A DNA stretch of 64,000 bases from Takakia lepidozioides (lineage: Eukaryota > Plantae > Bryophyta). Numbering within the stretch: position 1 is the stretch's first letter; each line of letters begins with the position of its first letter. Of this stretch, positions 11,728 through 23,009 are shown piece by piece. The stretch spans positions 48,298,001-48,362,000 of the forward strand of contig CM060734.1 of NCBI GenBank assembly GCA_030704615.1, in the 5' to 3' direction. The position numbers were made by a program, and so were the translations under genes. The notes beneath the pieces were generated by a model, which saw nothing but the letters and a program-made list of their open reading frames with translations, was not told the DNA's origin and made no database searches.

Positions 11728-14700
11728 CTATGCTGCAACCTCTTGAGCAGTGACCACTGCCTCCTCTGTCAGTGACAATGTCTCATCCTGCCCCAGCATC
11801 CCATTCTTGAGGACCTCCTCAACCCGAGAAAAATTCCCAACCTGATCCATCACCGCCGCCTTGGCTGCCAACTCCTTCTGAACCTCGAGCACCTCCCACG
11901 TGTGCCATGGATGCAGCCTGCACCTCGTGGTCCTCACCTGTTCGTCCCCACTCGCTGCTTGTACCGTCTCGGTAGGCAGGGAGACCATCAAGGGAAGTGT
12001 ACTCCGTAATTTGCGTTGCTCAGCCATAGCCAAGCTGATAATCTAGGTCAAGCAATTGAGATCCATTGCTTGCCCCAACACCTGACGACGTGATGCCTCA
12101 GAAAGAGATGGCACCGCCATGGTACCAGTGGTAAAACCTATCGCCCGCTCGCGCTCGTCAGCATTGGGCTCCACTAATTGCTGCAACTGGCTATCCTACA
12201 AGAGGCCAGGTCCACCATCGCGGAAAGCATGAGATCCTGGAAAGCTGAGTAGTGTAGGCAATGCGGCTCGTGGGTGACCCACCTTATTGACCACTGCCAA
12301 AGGTGATCGGTCATTGTGTCTCACACGCTGAGACTGTCTCCCTATGTCCAAAATGCTATCCACCATCAGGTGTGGTGGCCGCTGCACCTCATCAAATGCA
12401 CGCTTAAGCAGTGCAAGTGACATCAAGTTGGTCCACCATAGTCGTGGGCGATGAGCCCGTGATCCCACTGCAGCTGCGTCCAGCAACACTGCTAACCCAA
12501 GCCAAGACCGCACTTGATGCACACTGGCCATCACCTTGGCCCGATAATCACCCATCAATGGCTTATTCTCCAAAATATATGCCGGAGAGTCTGTCTGCTG
12601 AAGCTGTAAATAACGTAGGACCCTCAACATCTCTCAAAACATGCGTGACCTTGAGTCTTGTAACCCATTGCCATGCCCGGCTGATGAATGCCCTTGGCAG
12701 GGCCAACCTGCCACTACCAAATGAATAGGGTCAACCCGCTCCAAATCATGCGCCCCCAGCAAATAGATGTCTGTTGGCAATGCTTGTTGGTATCCACAAA
12801 CTGCAGACACTGGCAACAAATCAGGGTACTGCTGCACCAACTGAGCAACATGGCACAGTGAGACGCGTCGTGCAGTCTCATCCCTCTCCACATACAGGTA
12901 ACGTCGAACTCGTACACCTGCCTGCAGCACTGTAGCCAATCCAGTGCTGATCCCGCCAAACAAGTCCAGAAGGCATATGCCTTCATCCGGGCACTACCAC
13001 ACAAGAGGTGTGGTGTCCAACGGCGACAACTGAGATGGTCCTGGTGCAATCACCGCACTCTCCTCCTCTCCTGACGGTACGAAGGCCTCTACCCAGGCTT
13101 GTTGCACCCGTCTATCAGCAGCCTGCTGCAAATGCTTGTTCGTACCCCACAATGGAGTGTGAGCAACCATGGCAGACAACTCCGCCGTACCATGCATGTC
13201 ATCCTGCTCTGCTAGAGGTGGCACATCCTCTGCATGGGCATTGCCCTCCAGCAACTCTCCAGGCCAACTAACTGCAGCTGTGAAGGCTGCTAGTGTTGGC
13301 ATCTTGCCCCGCTGGGCAGCAGCAACACCCCCAATGAATGTCACAGGGAGCTGTACACGACGACCATCCCCTGACTGCCATCCAGGCCTGTAGGATGCTG
13401 ACTCCTCCCAAAAATCCAGGGTGAAGCCCATGAGATATAACACTGCCCCACCAACGAGGACATTGTAAGAGACCACATCTGTCACAATGGCCTTGGCTCG
13501 CATCACTGAGCCATCTATAGGATGATCCGGCTGTAGTCTAATGACCAACTCACGCCGTGTCATGCCCCGAGCCTGCTCTGATCCTCCCATAGATGTCTGT
13601 ATCTGGAAAGAACAAGGCTCCATGTCCGCCTCTATGAGACCCAAACCTGCAATAGCAACTCTGCCCAACATCAATGGCTGAGCTCCCGAGTCCAACAAGA
13701 CCCGCAGTGGCCGGTACCTCTTCCTGTCGGTCCACTCAAAGAGAAAATGTCATCCTGGTTGTCTAACAAGACAACTCCAGGTATCACCATGGCACGCTCA
13801 AAGGCTGGCCTAGCTGGCAGCTCCGTCAACCTGGCAGCTGCAGCTTGCCATGGCGCAGCCATGGCAGTCTTGACCCTCAAATCCGAGGATCCCTCTGCCA
13901 CTACACCCTCCACTAACTCCACAGAAGATGAAGTGACATCCCCACTCTCGTAGAGTGTTGCTGCTAGTCTGAACACTGCAGCTAGTCTTACCCCCGGCGT
14001 CGCAATCATGGTTGCCGAGAACAGTGGGGCTTGATACACAAAGGTGGCTGCCCCCATCAACACACTGGCTGCACTAGCCTTGGCAGCAGGTGTCAGTGCT
14101 GCACGTGTAGCTCTCCTCAATGGTACAATAACGGCCTCTGTATCTGTCGGACAAGAACTAGGTGCCATGGATGTCGTCGACACTGTCTCCCCCCAAGATG
14201 AATGATTGAGGCAACCTAGCTTGACGGCTTGCCTCCCCACGCTGTGGATCTAACTCCACCTCTGCACATCGTGGCTCAGGAACTCGTGCTGCTCCTCGAG
14301 TGACGGCTGCAGCATACTCCACCTGCACTAGTGGTAGTGTTGCCCCACACATAAATCCCATGCCTCCCATGTCTCCTCCGTCAGGATGACGCTGCTGAGG
14401 AGGAACATGAGGTGGACCCTCAAGTCTTGGAGCTGGTACCACCTGAGCTGTGGCCATGGCAGCAAGCCTTTGCTCTAGTTGCTGAAGCCGGTTGGCCATG
14501 CCTTGGTCAACGCCGTGACCTCCACGTCCTTGGCCATATTGTGCTTGCCCTTGTCTGCACCTCGTGCCTGAGCACCTCGTCCTCGCTGAGGTGCTCCACC
14601 ACGCCTTCGGCCACCACTGTTCCATTGGAACTGGAATCGCCGCAACTCAGGGTGCAAGTCATAACACTGGGCATCTCCATGCCCATACTTGCCACAATGC

Positions 14701-15930
14701 CCACACTGCAACTGTGCAAGCTATGCTTGTGCCGGCCCTTTGCTACTTTCTGGGCAATCTTTCTTGATATGGGGTCCTCCACATGTCCAACATACCACCC
14801 CTGGTTGCTGTTGGCCCGCAAAAGAAGCTACTGGCCTTTGCACCTGAGGTCCCCTGTAAGCTCCATGGAATTTGGGTTGGGAAACCTTGCCCCCCTGACC
14901 ACGCTGTTGGGCAGTCCCTTGTGCTTGTTGGCTGGCAGCTGCACCTCGTGCAGGCATGTCTTTGCCAAATCCAATGGTAACAACTCGCTCCTCCACCATG
15001 TTGAGCTCAATCTGCTCAGCCAGCAGAAACACATCTGCTAATGTGGGTTGGGCTGCTTGTAATAGGGTTGCATCCCGCACCCTTCTCCTGAGCTCATTGT
15101 CCAAAATTCCATACGAGAACTGGATTGTCTGAGCTTCAGTATCCCCCTGGGTCACACTTATCAAGCGGCTCATACGAGTGTAGGCCTCTCGCAGGCTCTC
15201 ACTGGATTTGCCCTGGAAGTCTTGCAAACTTCGCAGCTTCTTTGTCCGTACACCTTGGTAGTTCCTCCGCAACTCCTGGAAAAACTCCACCACCGGGTTG
15301 AATCTAGGCACATGTGTTGTAGTTGTGGTAGGAGGAGTAGTAACACCTTTTGAACTGGTACCACCTGCAGAAGTACCGACACTACTTGTTCCACTACTAG
15401 TGCTGGCAGTGGGAGATATTGGTGCTGATGCAGCTACTGGTCGCGTCGTGCCTCAAGTAATAGAGACGTAGTTAGGTGACCAATATATCCTCCACTCCTC
15501 AATCTCTGCTTCATGTCCTCGCCTGAACTCATGGTAATCGTCCATAGGCGGGCCTTCCAAATGCTGGAACAGTCCCTTCCACGCCATGAATGGGGTGAAC
15601 AGCTGTGGATTGCGCATCTGCTGCAAATCACACCAGCTGTCAAACTCCTGGATAAAGTCATCCAGCTCGATTGTGCCCATAGCTCCAGAGTACCTACGAG
15701 GCCCCTTAGTAGCTCCATACATCTCCTCCATGTCGTCCCACAACAATGGCGAATGAAACTGCACACCTATTGATGAAGCCTCCGAGTCTGTGTCTTACTC
15801 TGCACTAGTTGAGGGTGGAGGTGAAGGTGGTCTGAAACGAACACCTCGTCTGGTGAACCCACTCTCACTGCTACTGCCTGTAGCCGTACTCCCCTCAAAA
15901 CCCTTGGGTAACTCCGTGACGACACTCACA
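11728..15930 (-). pseudogene. E1 ORF1: Gag (zinc knuckles)-aspartic protease-DNMT3-like cytosine methyltransferase
   Basis: ELDDFIQEFDSWC (Gag N-terminus), CWTCGGPH and CGHCGKYGHGDAQC, LLDSGAQ (protease), then MTase motifs. Protease, MTase and RT fragments lie in one frame from 13698 to 10339. The start is approximate. Confidence 0.88.
12045..12980 (-). pseudogene. C5-cytosine DNA methyltransferase domain (DNMT3-like) in E1
   Basis: Motif I LLDLFGGISTG, II YVERDE, IV LVVAGWPCQ, GLQDSRSRMF, VI YILEN, VIII SRAHRPRLWWTN, IX ERERAIGF, X RRQVLGQAMD. Confidence 0.9.
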
Positions 15931-16057
15931 ACCCGCACCTCCCCCACGTGACACTATAAGGCTTTAGTACTAATTCTAATAGTGACACGGGTGAGCACCT
16001 GTTGCGGATTAAGGGTCATATCCCAGTGGCTAAGGGCACCTGCACCTGCATCCACCG

Positions 16058-16385
16058 TGTCAAGTTATTTTTACCACTAGTGTGAAACTAGCTAGGAAAT
16101 AGCTAGCTTTTACATATTGACATTTGGGATTGGCCCAAATGTCAATCCAGGGGTCAAGGCAGATTTAGGCCCTGGAGTGGTTATCTTCACGGCAAGCGCG
16201 GGAGGCTCATATTTCTCGAGTTGAGCCTCACCGCGCCTAGCTATGGCGCCGTAGTGTGGATTCCCCATGGCGTGGGGTGCATTTGGCTTGACTTGTATTT
16301 GAGTGATGAGGTTATATATGCATGAGTTTATGCTTCAGCTTTGTGAGCTCGCATGAGCTTGCGCTTGTATTCTTCTTCTTTATCA
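16058..16385 (+). repeat. E2 segment A1 (328 bp, TG...CA)
   Basis: Near-identical to 26534-26860. Confidence 0.92.
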
Positions 16386-16401
16386 CTCGAGAAAGATGAG
16401 C
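16385..16401 (+). promoter_or_regulatory. Putative self-priming primer-binding site of E2
   Basis: ACTCGAGAAAGATGAGC is the exact reverse complement of GCTCATCTTTCTCGAGT at 26680-26696 (one mismatch to 16205-16221). There is no TGG tRNA-type PBS. Confidence 0.7.
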
Positions 16402-16804
16402 TCGTATCTGTGAGTGCCAGATACGAGTTAGTTGTAGCACTTGTGGTTTTTGCTTGAGAATGAGAGAAACCAGGTTGTTATGCAAGGAGCACCGTGGAGC
16501 TCTTGGCGAAGCGAAAGGGCTGATTTGGCTTGGGGCAAATCAGTGCACTTTGTTGAGTATGTGGAGATTGGGTTTCAATCTCGAGCTTCAGCAGTGAGAG
16601 GGCTCTTGTCATGGGCTGGAACAGGAGCTAAGAGGGGCCGCAAGACCATGGAATGTGCACCTAGGGTTTCAGAGCTTGGAAGAAGAGCTCTTGCACCACA
16701 AGAGGAGTGTCTTGTGGCTGTAAATGTAAGCCTTAGGGTTTCAAGAGCTTGGCAAGGGCTATGGAGTGCTTAGTCTTGTCTTAGAGAGCATCAAGGAGCT
16801 AAGG

Positions 16805-17250
16805 AGCCAAGATAGGGGGCTGATACCTCTTGTGTGAAGAGGTTGCATGTGTGGAGCATGTATTCAGCTCATTGAAGCTTCCATCTTCAAGCTTGGAGGG
16901 CAAGCAAGGAAGAGGGAAGGGCTGACTTCCCTTATGTGAGAGCAATGCATGTGTGAAGCATGCTTTCAGCCTGTTGAAGGCTTGTACTTTCAGGTTTGGG
17001 AGTGCAAGAAAGAAAGGAAGGGGCTGGTTTCCCTGTAGGGCATGTGTGGAGCATGCTTCCAGCCCGTTGAAGCGTGTATTGTCAGGTTGGTGGGTGCAAG
17101 AAAGAAAGCAAAGGGGCTGATTCTCTGGTGGTGAGATTGGGGCATGTGTGGAGCATGCCTTCACTCTATTGGGCTTTTGTTTTCAAGCTTTAGAGAACTA
17201 GAAGAGAAGGTAAGGGGCTGATCTGCTCTTATGTGACAGTCCGACACTTG
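16805..17250 (+). repeat. ~100-bp tandem repeat (4-5 degenerate copies) in the E2 leader
   Basis: Recurring AGGGGCTG...GCATGTGTGGAGCATG...TTCAGC units near 16815, 16918, 17019, 17112 and 17213. Confidence 0.8.
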
Positions 17251-17667
17251 TAGAGCGTTCTGTTCTAAGTTGGGGTTTCAACCTCAAGCCTAGATATAGA
17301 GCATGGCTCTTGAAGTGGCAGGTGTGAGGGGGCTGGAATAGGCTCTAAGACAGATGCTATGGCCAAGGGAAACGCTTGAATGAGTGCTCACAAGGGCTGG
17401 AAACCAGCAAGGCTTGGTTGTTTGCCATTGAATTAGTGGCGTGTTTGGGGAGAGTCTAAGTGAGAAAGAAGGCTTGGTTTGTGGCAACCATCTTCCTCAT
17501 GCTTAGGGCTACTATTGGTGTGTGTGGGAGCCGAAAAGAGCAAGAAATACCTTGCTGATTTTTTCACAGCCGCCATAGCTCGGTGCAAAGAAGCCTAGAG
17601 TCCAAGAGACACAAACCTAGCTTGGCGTGACTAAACTCCTTGGAGAAATGGCTAAACTGTCATAAGT

Positions 17668-18310
17668 GGCCTGTGGGGATGTGTGACGGCCTGTGAGGGC
17701 CTGTGACAGGCTGTGCCCTCTGGCCTGTGGGGCTGTGACGGGCTGTGTGGAAGGTTGTTACAGGCCGTGACAGGCTGTGGCTAGCTGTGATAGGCTGTGA
17801 AGGCTGTTTGTGACAGGTTGTGCATGTGGCATGTGGGGGCTGTGACGGGCTGTGAGGGGCTGTGACAGGTTGTGGCCTTTGGGGCTGTGTGACCCTGTGA
17901 CCTGTGTAGGGCTGTGACAGGCTATGCCATGTGGAATGTGGGGTTGTGACGGGCTTGTGATGGGCTATGACAAGTGTTGGCCCTGTGGCTTGTGGGCGGC
18001 AGTGGCGGCTGTGTGATAGGCTGTGGCCTTTGTTCTCTGACCCCTGTGGACTTGTGACAGGCTGTGACGGGCTGTGAGGGGTTGTGACAGGCTATGGCCT
18101 TTGGGGCTATGACCCCTGTGACCTTTGTAGGGCTGTGACAGGCTGTGTCAGGCTGTGCCATGTGGTCTGTGGGGCTGTGACGGGCTGTGAGGGCTGTGAC
18201 AAGCTGTGGCCTGTGTGGGGCTGTGACGGCTGTGACCAGTGAGCTGTGTGGGCCTGTGCTGGTCTGTGGTGGCCCGTGTTGACCTGTGGACGGCCTGTGC
18301 TGACTGTGGA
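17668..18310 (+). repeat. GGCTGTGA-based ~10-bp degenerate minisatellite in the E2 leader
   Basis: Dozens of GGCTGTGAC(A/G)-like units. Confidence 0.85.
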
Positions 18311-18967
18311 GGCACTGGTGGACTACCTAAGGACTGGCATGTGGTCTTGAAGGTCGAATTTTGAAGCTCGTGGAGGGCGGTTTGAGGAGTATCTTCATGA
18401 TATTCCATGGTCATGCAAGTGAGGGAAGAGATGAGAGGAAGAGTGTTGGGATGAGGGCATGCTGGGGTTAGGCATTGCTTTAGCTTCTCTTCCTCGTAGT
18501 TTCCACCCTCTCATTAGGCCAAGACCTTTCCGTAGGTGGAGGCAAGAGTCAGTCCGGGTTTGGGCTGGGGTGTCCTTGCAGGACAACACCAGGAGTTGTT
18601 TTTGGTGTGGGGGAGTTGTCGTTCTGATTTCTTGTGTTTGGATCCCCTCCATACCTGCATGCTTGACTGTGCGCCATGCTAGTTTTGTGTGGCGCTTGTT
18701 TTTATAGGTGATTGGTCCGGATTTGATCACCGGCCAGTCCTAGAGCATGCTGTCGATGGTGAGGCTGGGATGATGACCAGCCAGACCATCATTGTTCTCT
18801 GTGTGGTGAGGTTGGAGGTGATGACCAGCCAACCATAGAGTGCTTGCGGTGGATGCAGGTACAGGTGTAGGCTATGTTAGGAACTTAGTATTCCAAACCA
18901 TAAGCCGCAACAGGTTCTCTACCCGGTTACCTTGTGGAGAGGGGGTTAGGGACATGTTCATGACCGG

Positions 18968-21900
18968 TTGAGTGTCAACACGGAGGTGCCACTAGTTGCT
19001 GGGGACAGTGCCGGTTCGAGCACTAGCGATACTAGTGGGTACACGAGACGAGGTGTGCGGTTTAGGCCACCTTCACCTCCTGTGTCTTCTACGGAAGGTT
19101 CTGATTCGGATTGTGAATCAGGAGACTCATACCGGCGGTGCAAGTTGTTTCCTTGCCATTGTTGTGGGACACAATGGAGGATGTATGGAGCTACCAAGGG
19201 GCCACGAAGGTACTCTGGGGCGGTGGGCACCATCGAGTTGGATGATTTTATCCAAGAGTTTGATAGTTGGTGTGATTTGCAGCAAATGCGCAATCCACAA
19301 CTATTTACGCCTTTCATGGCATGGAAGGGGCTGTTTCAGCACCTTGAGGGGCCGCCTATGGATGATTACCATGAGTTCAGGCGGGGGCATGAGGTTGAGA
19401 TCGAGGAGTGGAGGATGTACTGGTCACCCGACTATGTCTCCATCACTAGGGGCACTAGAGCCACGAGGGCAGTGGCTACACCTGCCGCTGCACCGGCAGC
19501 TTCAGCAAGCAGGGACTAGTGGACTGGTGGTACAGTAGCTACGACGTCCACCCAAGCCACTACCGCACCAGCACCAGTACCGTGCCTGCCTTCAACCCTG
19601 TTGTGGAGTTCTTCGAAGAGTTGAGAGGGAACTACCAAGGGGTGAGGACAGAGAAGTTGCGGAGCTTGCAAGAGTTCCAACGGAAGCCTACGAGAGCTTG
19701 AGGGAGGCTTTCACTCGCATGAGGCGCTTGATAAATGTAACCCAAGGGGTTACGGAAGCTCAGGCAGTCCAATTCTGGTATGGGATATTGGACAAGGAGC
19801 TGAGGAGAAGGGTGCGGGATGCAACTCTCCTACAAGCGGCCCAACCCACCTTAGCAAATGTGTTTTTGCTGGCAGAGCGGATAGAGCTCAACATGGTGGA
19901 GGAACGAGTGGTCATGGGGATTTGCTAAGGAGACACCACGGGGTAGTGGTGCTCCTAGCCAACCACTACCTCAACGTGCTCAAGGCAACAAGGGGGCTCA
20001 GGTGAAGCTCAGGGAAGGGCAGAGAGGACCTCAGATGCAGGGGTCTCTCCCTTCATTTGCAGGCCAACAACGGGCGGATGTGGTGTGCTGGACATGTGGA
20101 GGACCCCATGTCAAGAAGGATTGTCCAGAGGGAGGCAAAGGGCCGGCATGCACAGCCTGCACAGTTGCAGTGTGGGCATTGTGGCAAGCACGGGCATGGA
20201 GAGGCCCAGTGTTATGGTTTGCATCCTGAGTTGCGCCCAGGCCAGTTCCAAGGGAACAATGGTGGGGGGGCGAGGGGGAGCAGCCCAAAGAGGACGAGGT
20301 GGCCAGGCACAGGCCAAGGGCAAGCTCAACATGGCCAAGGACGCGGAGGTCAGGGTGTTGACCAAGGCATGGCCAACCGGCTTCAGCAGCTAGAGCAGAG
20401 GCTCGCTGCCATGGCTACAGCTCAGGTGGTACCGGCTCTAAGGCCGGATGGTCCACCTCCTGCTCCTGAGGGAGGAGATATGGGAGGCATGGGATTCATG
20501 TGTGGAGCAGCACTACCACTAGTGCAGGTGGAGTCTGCTGCAGCCGTGACTCGAGGAGCAGCACGAGTTCCTGAGCCACGAGGTGCAGAGGTGGAGTTGG
20601 ATCCACAGCGTGGGGAGGCAAGCCGTCAGGCTAGGCTTCCTCAGTCATTCACATTGGCGGAGACAGTGTCGACGCCATCCATGGCACCTAGTTCTCGCCC
20701 GACTGTTACCGAGGCGGAGGTTACTATGCCATTGGGGAGAGCTACACGGGTAGCACCACTACCTAGTGTTGCCAAGGCTACGGCAGCTAGTGTGCTGCTA
20801 GGAGCGGCCACATCTGTGTGCCAGGCTCCATTGTTCTCGGCTACCATGATTGCGACGCGGGGGTAAGACCAGCTGAGGTGTTCAGGCTGGCAGCTACACT
20901 CTGTGAGAGTGGGGAGGTTACTTCATCTTCTGCGGAGATAGTGGGAGAGTGCCGGAGGGATCCTCGGATTTGAGGGTCAAGACTGCCACGGCGGCGCCAT
21001 GGCAAGCTGCAGCTGCCAGGTTGATGGAGCTGCCAGCTAGGCCAGCCATTGAGCGCGCCATGGTGACACCTGGAGTTGTCATGTTAGACAACCAGGATGG
21101 CATTTTCTGTTTGAGTGGACCGGCAGGCAAGAGGTACCGGCCACTGCGGGTCTTGTTGGACTCGGGAGCTCAGCCATTGATGCTGGGCAGAGCTGCTATT
21201 GCAGGCTTGGGCCTCACGGAGGCGGATATGGAGCCTTGTCCTTTCCAGATACAGACGTCTCTGGGAGGATCGGAGCAGGCTCGGGCATGACACGGCGTGA
21301 GTTGGCTATCAGACTACGGCCGGATCACCCTACAGATGGCTCAGTGATGCGAGCCAAGGCCATTGTGACAGACGCGGTCTCATACGATGTCCTGGTTGGT
21401 GGGGCAGTGTTGTACCATGGGCTTCACCCTGGATTTTTGGGAGGAGTCAGCTTCCTATAGGCCTGGATGGCAGTCAGGGGAGGGCCGGCGTGTGCAGCTC
21501 CCTGTGACGTTCATAGGAGGAGTTGCGGTTGCCAGCGGCAAGATGCGACACTAGCAGCATTCACAGCGGCAGTGAGTTGGCCTAGAGAGTTGCTTGAGGG
21601 CAACGCTCATTCAGAGGATGTGCCACCTCCGGGAGAGCAGGATGACATGTATGGTATGGCGGAGTTGCCTACCATGGTTGCTCAGACTCCATTGTGGGGC
21701 ACGAGCAAGGATTTGCAGCGGGATGCTGATCGACGGGTGCAACAAGCCTGGGTGGAGGCTTTTGTACCGTCAGGAGAGGAGGAGAGTGCGGGGATTGCAC
21801 CAGGACCACCTCAGTTGTCTCCATTGGACACCACACCTATTGTGTGGCAGTATCCGGATGAAGGCATTTGTCTTCTGGACTTGTTTGGCGGGATCAGCAC

Positions 21901-23009
21901 CGGATTGGCTGCTGTTACAGGCAGGTGTACGAGTTCGGCGTTACCTGTATGTGGAGAGGGATGAGACTGCACGACGTTTCACTTCGCCATGTTGCTCAGT
22001 TGGTGCAGCGGTACCCTGAGTTGTTGTCGGTGTCTGCATTCGTGGATATCAGCAGGCCTTGCCAGCAGACATTTCGTTGCTGGGGGCGCAGGATTTGGAG
22101 CGGGTTGGCTCCATTGATCTGGTAGTTGCAGGTTGGCCCTGCCAAGGGCATTCAACTGTATCTCCAGCATACATCTTGGAGAATGTGCCACTGATGGGCG
22201 ATTCTCGGGCCAGGGTGATGGCCAGTGTGCATCAAGTCCGGTCGTGGCTTGGGTCAGCAGTGTTGCTAGATGCAGCTACAGTGGGGTCACGGGCTCATCG
22301 TCCACTATGGTGGACTAACTTGATGCCACCGCACTGCTCAAGCGTGCATTTGATGGGGGTGCAGCGGCCAGCACATCTCACAGTGGATAACATTCTGGAC
22401 ACAGGGAGGCAGTCTCAGCGTGTGAGACACGATGACCGTTCGCCTTTGGCAGTGGTCAACAAGGGTGGGTCAACCACGAGCAGCATTACCTACACTGCTC
22501 AGCTTCCCAGGATCGCATGCTTTCCGGGATAGTGGACCTGGCCTCCTGTGGGATGCTCAGTTGCAGTTAGTGGAGCCTAATGCTGACGAGCGTGAGCGGC
22601 AATGGGTTTTACCACTGGTACCACGGCGGTGTCGTCTCTTTCTGAGGCATCACGTCGTCAGTGTTGGGGCAAGCAATGGATCTCAATTGCTTGACCTGGA
22701 TTATCAGCTTGGCTATGGCTGAGCAACGCAGAGTGCGGAGTACACTTCCCTCGATGGTCTCTCTGCCTACCGAGACGGTACAGGCAGTGAGTGGGGGCGA
22801 GCATGTGAGGACCACGGGGTGCATGCATCCATGGCACACGTGGGAGGTGCTCGAGGTTCAGAGGGAGTTGGCAGCCAAGGCGGCTGTGATGGATGAGGTT
22901 GGGGATTTTTCTCGGGTGAGGAAGTCCTGAGGATGAGATGATGGGGCAGGATGAGGCCTTGTCATTGACTGAGCAGGTAGGGAGTACTGCTCAAGAGGTT
23001 GCAACATAG
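18968..23009 (+). pseudogene. E2 ORF1: Gag-protease-DNMT3-like (frameshifted, MTase internally deleted)
   Basis: Same motifs as E1. MTase at about 21865-22700. WPCQGHS joins directly to TVSPAYILENV, so about 30 codons are missing. Confidence 0.88.

Noticed and set aside
16805-18310. CRISPR-like array
   Set aside because: Degenerate head-to-tail repeats without unique spacers, eukaryotic context and no cas genes.
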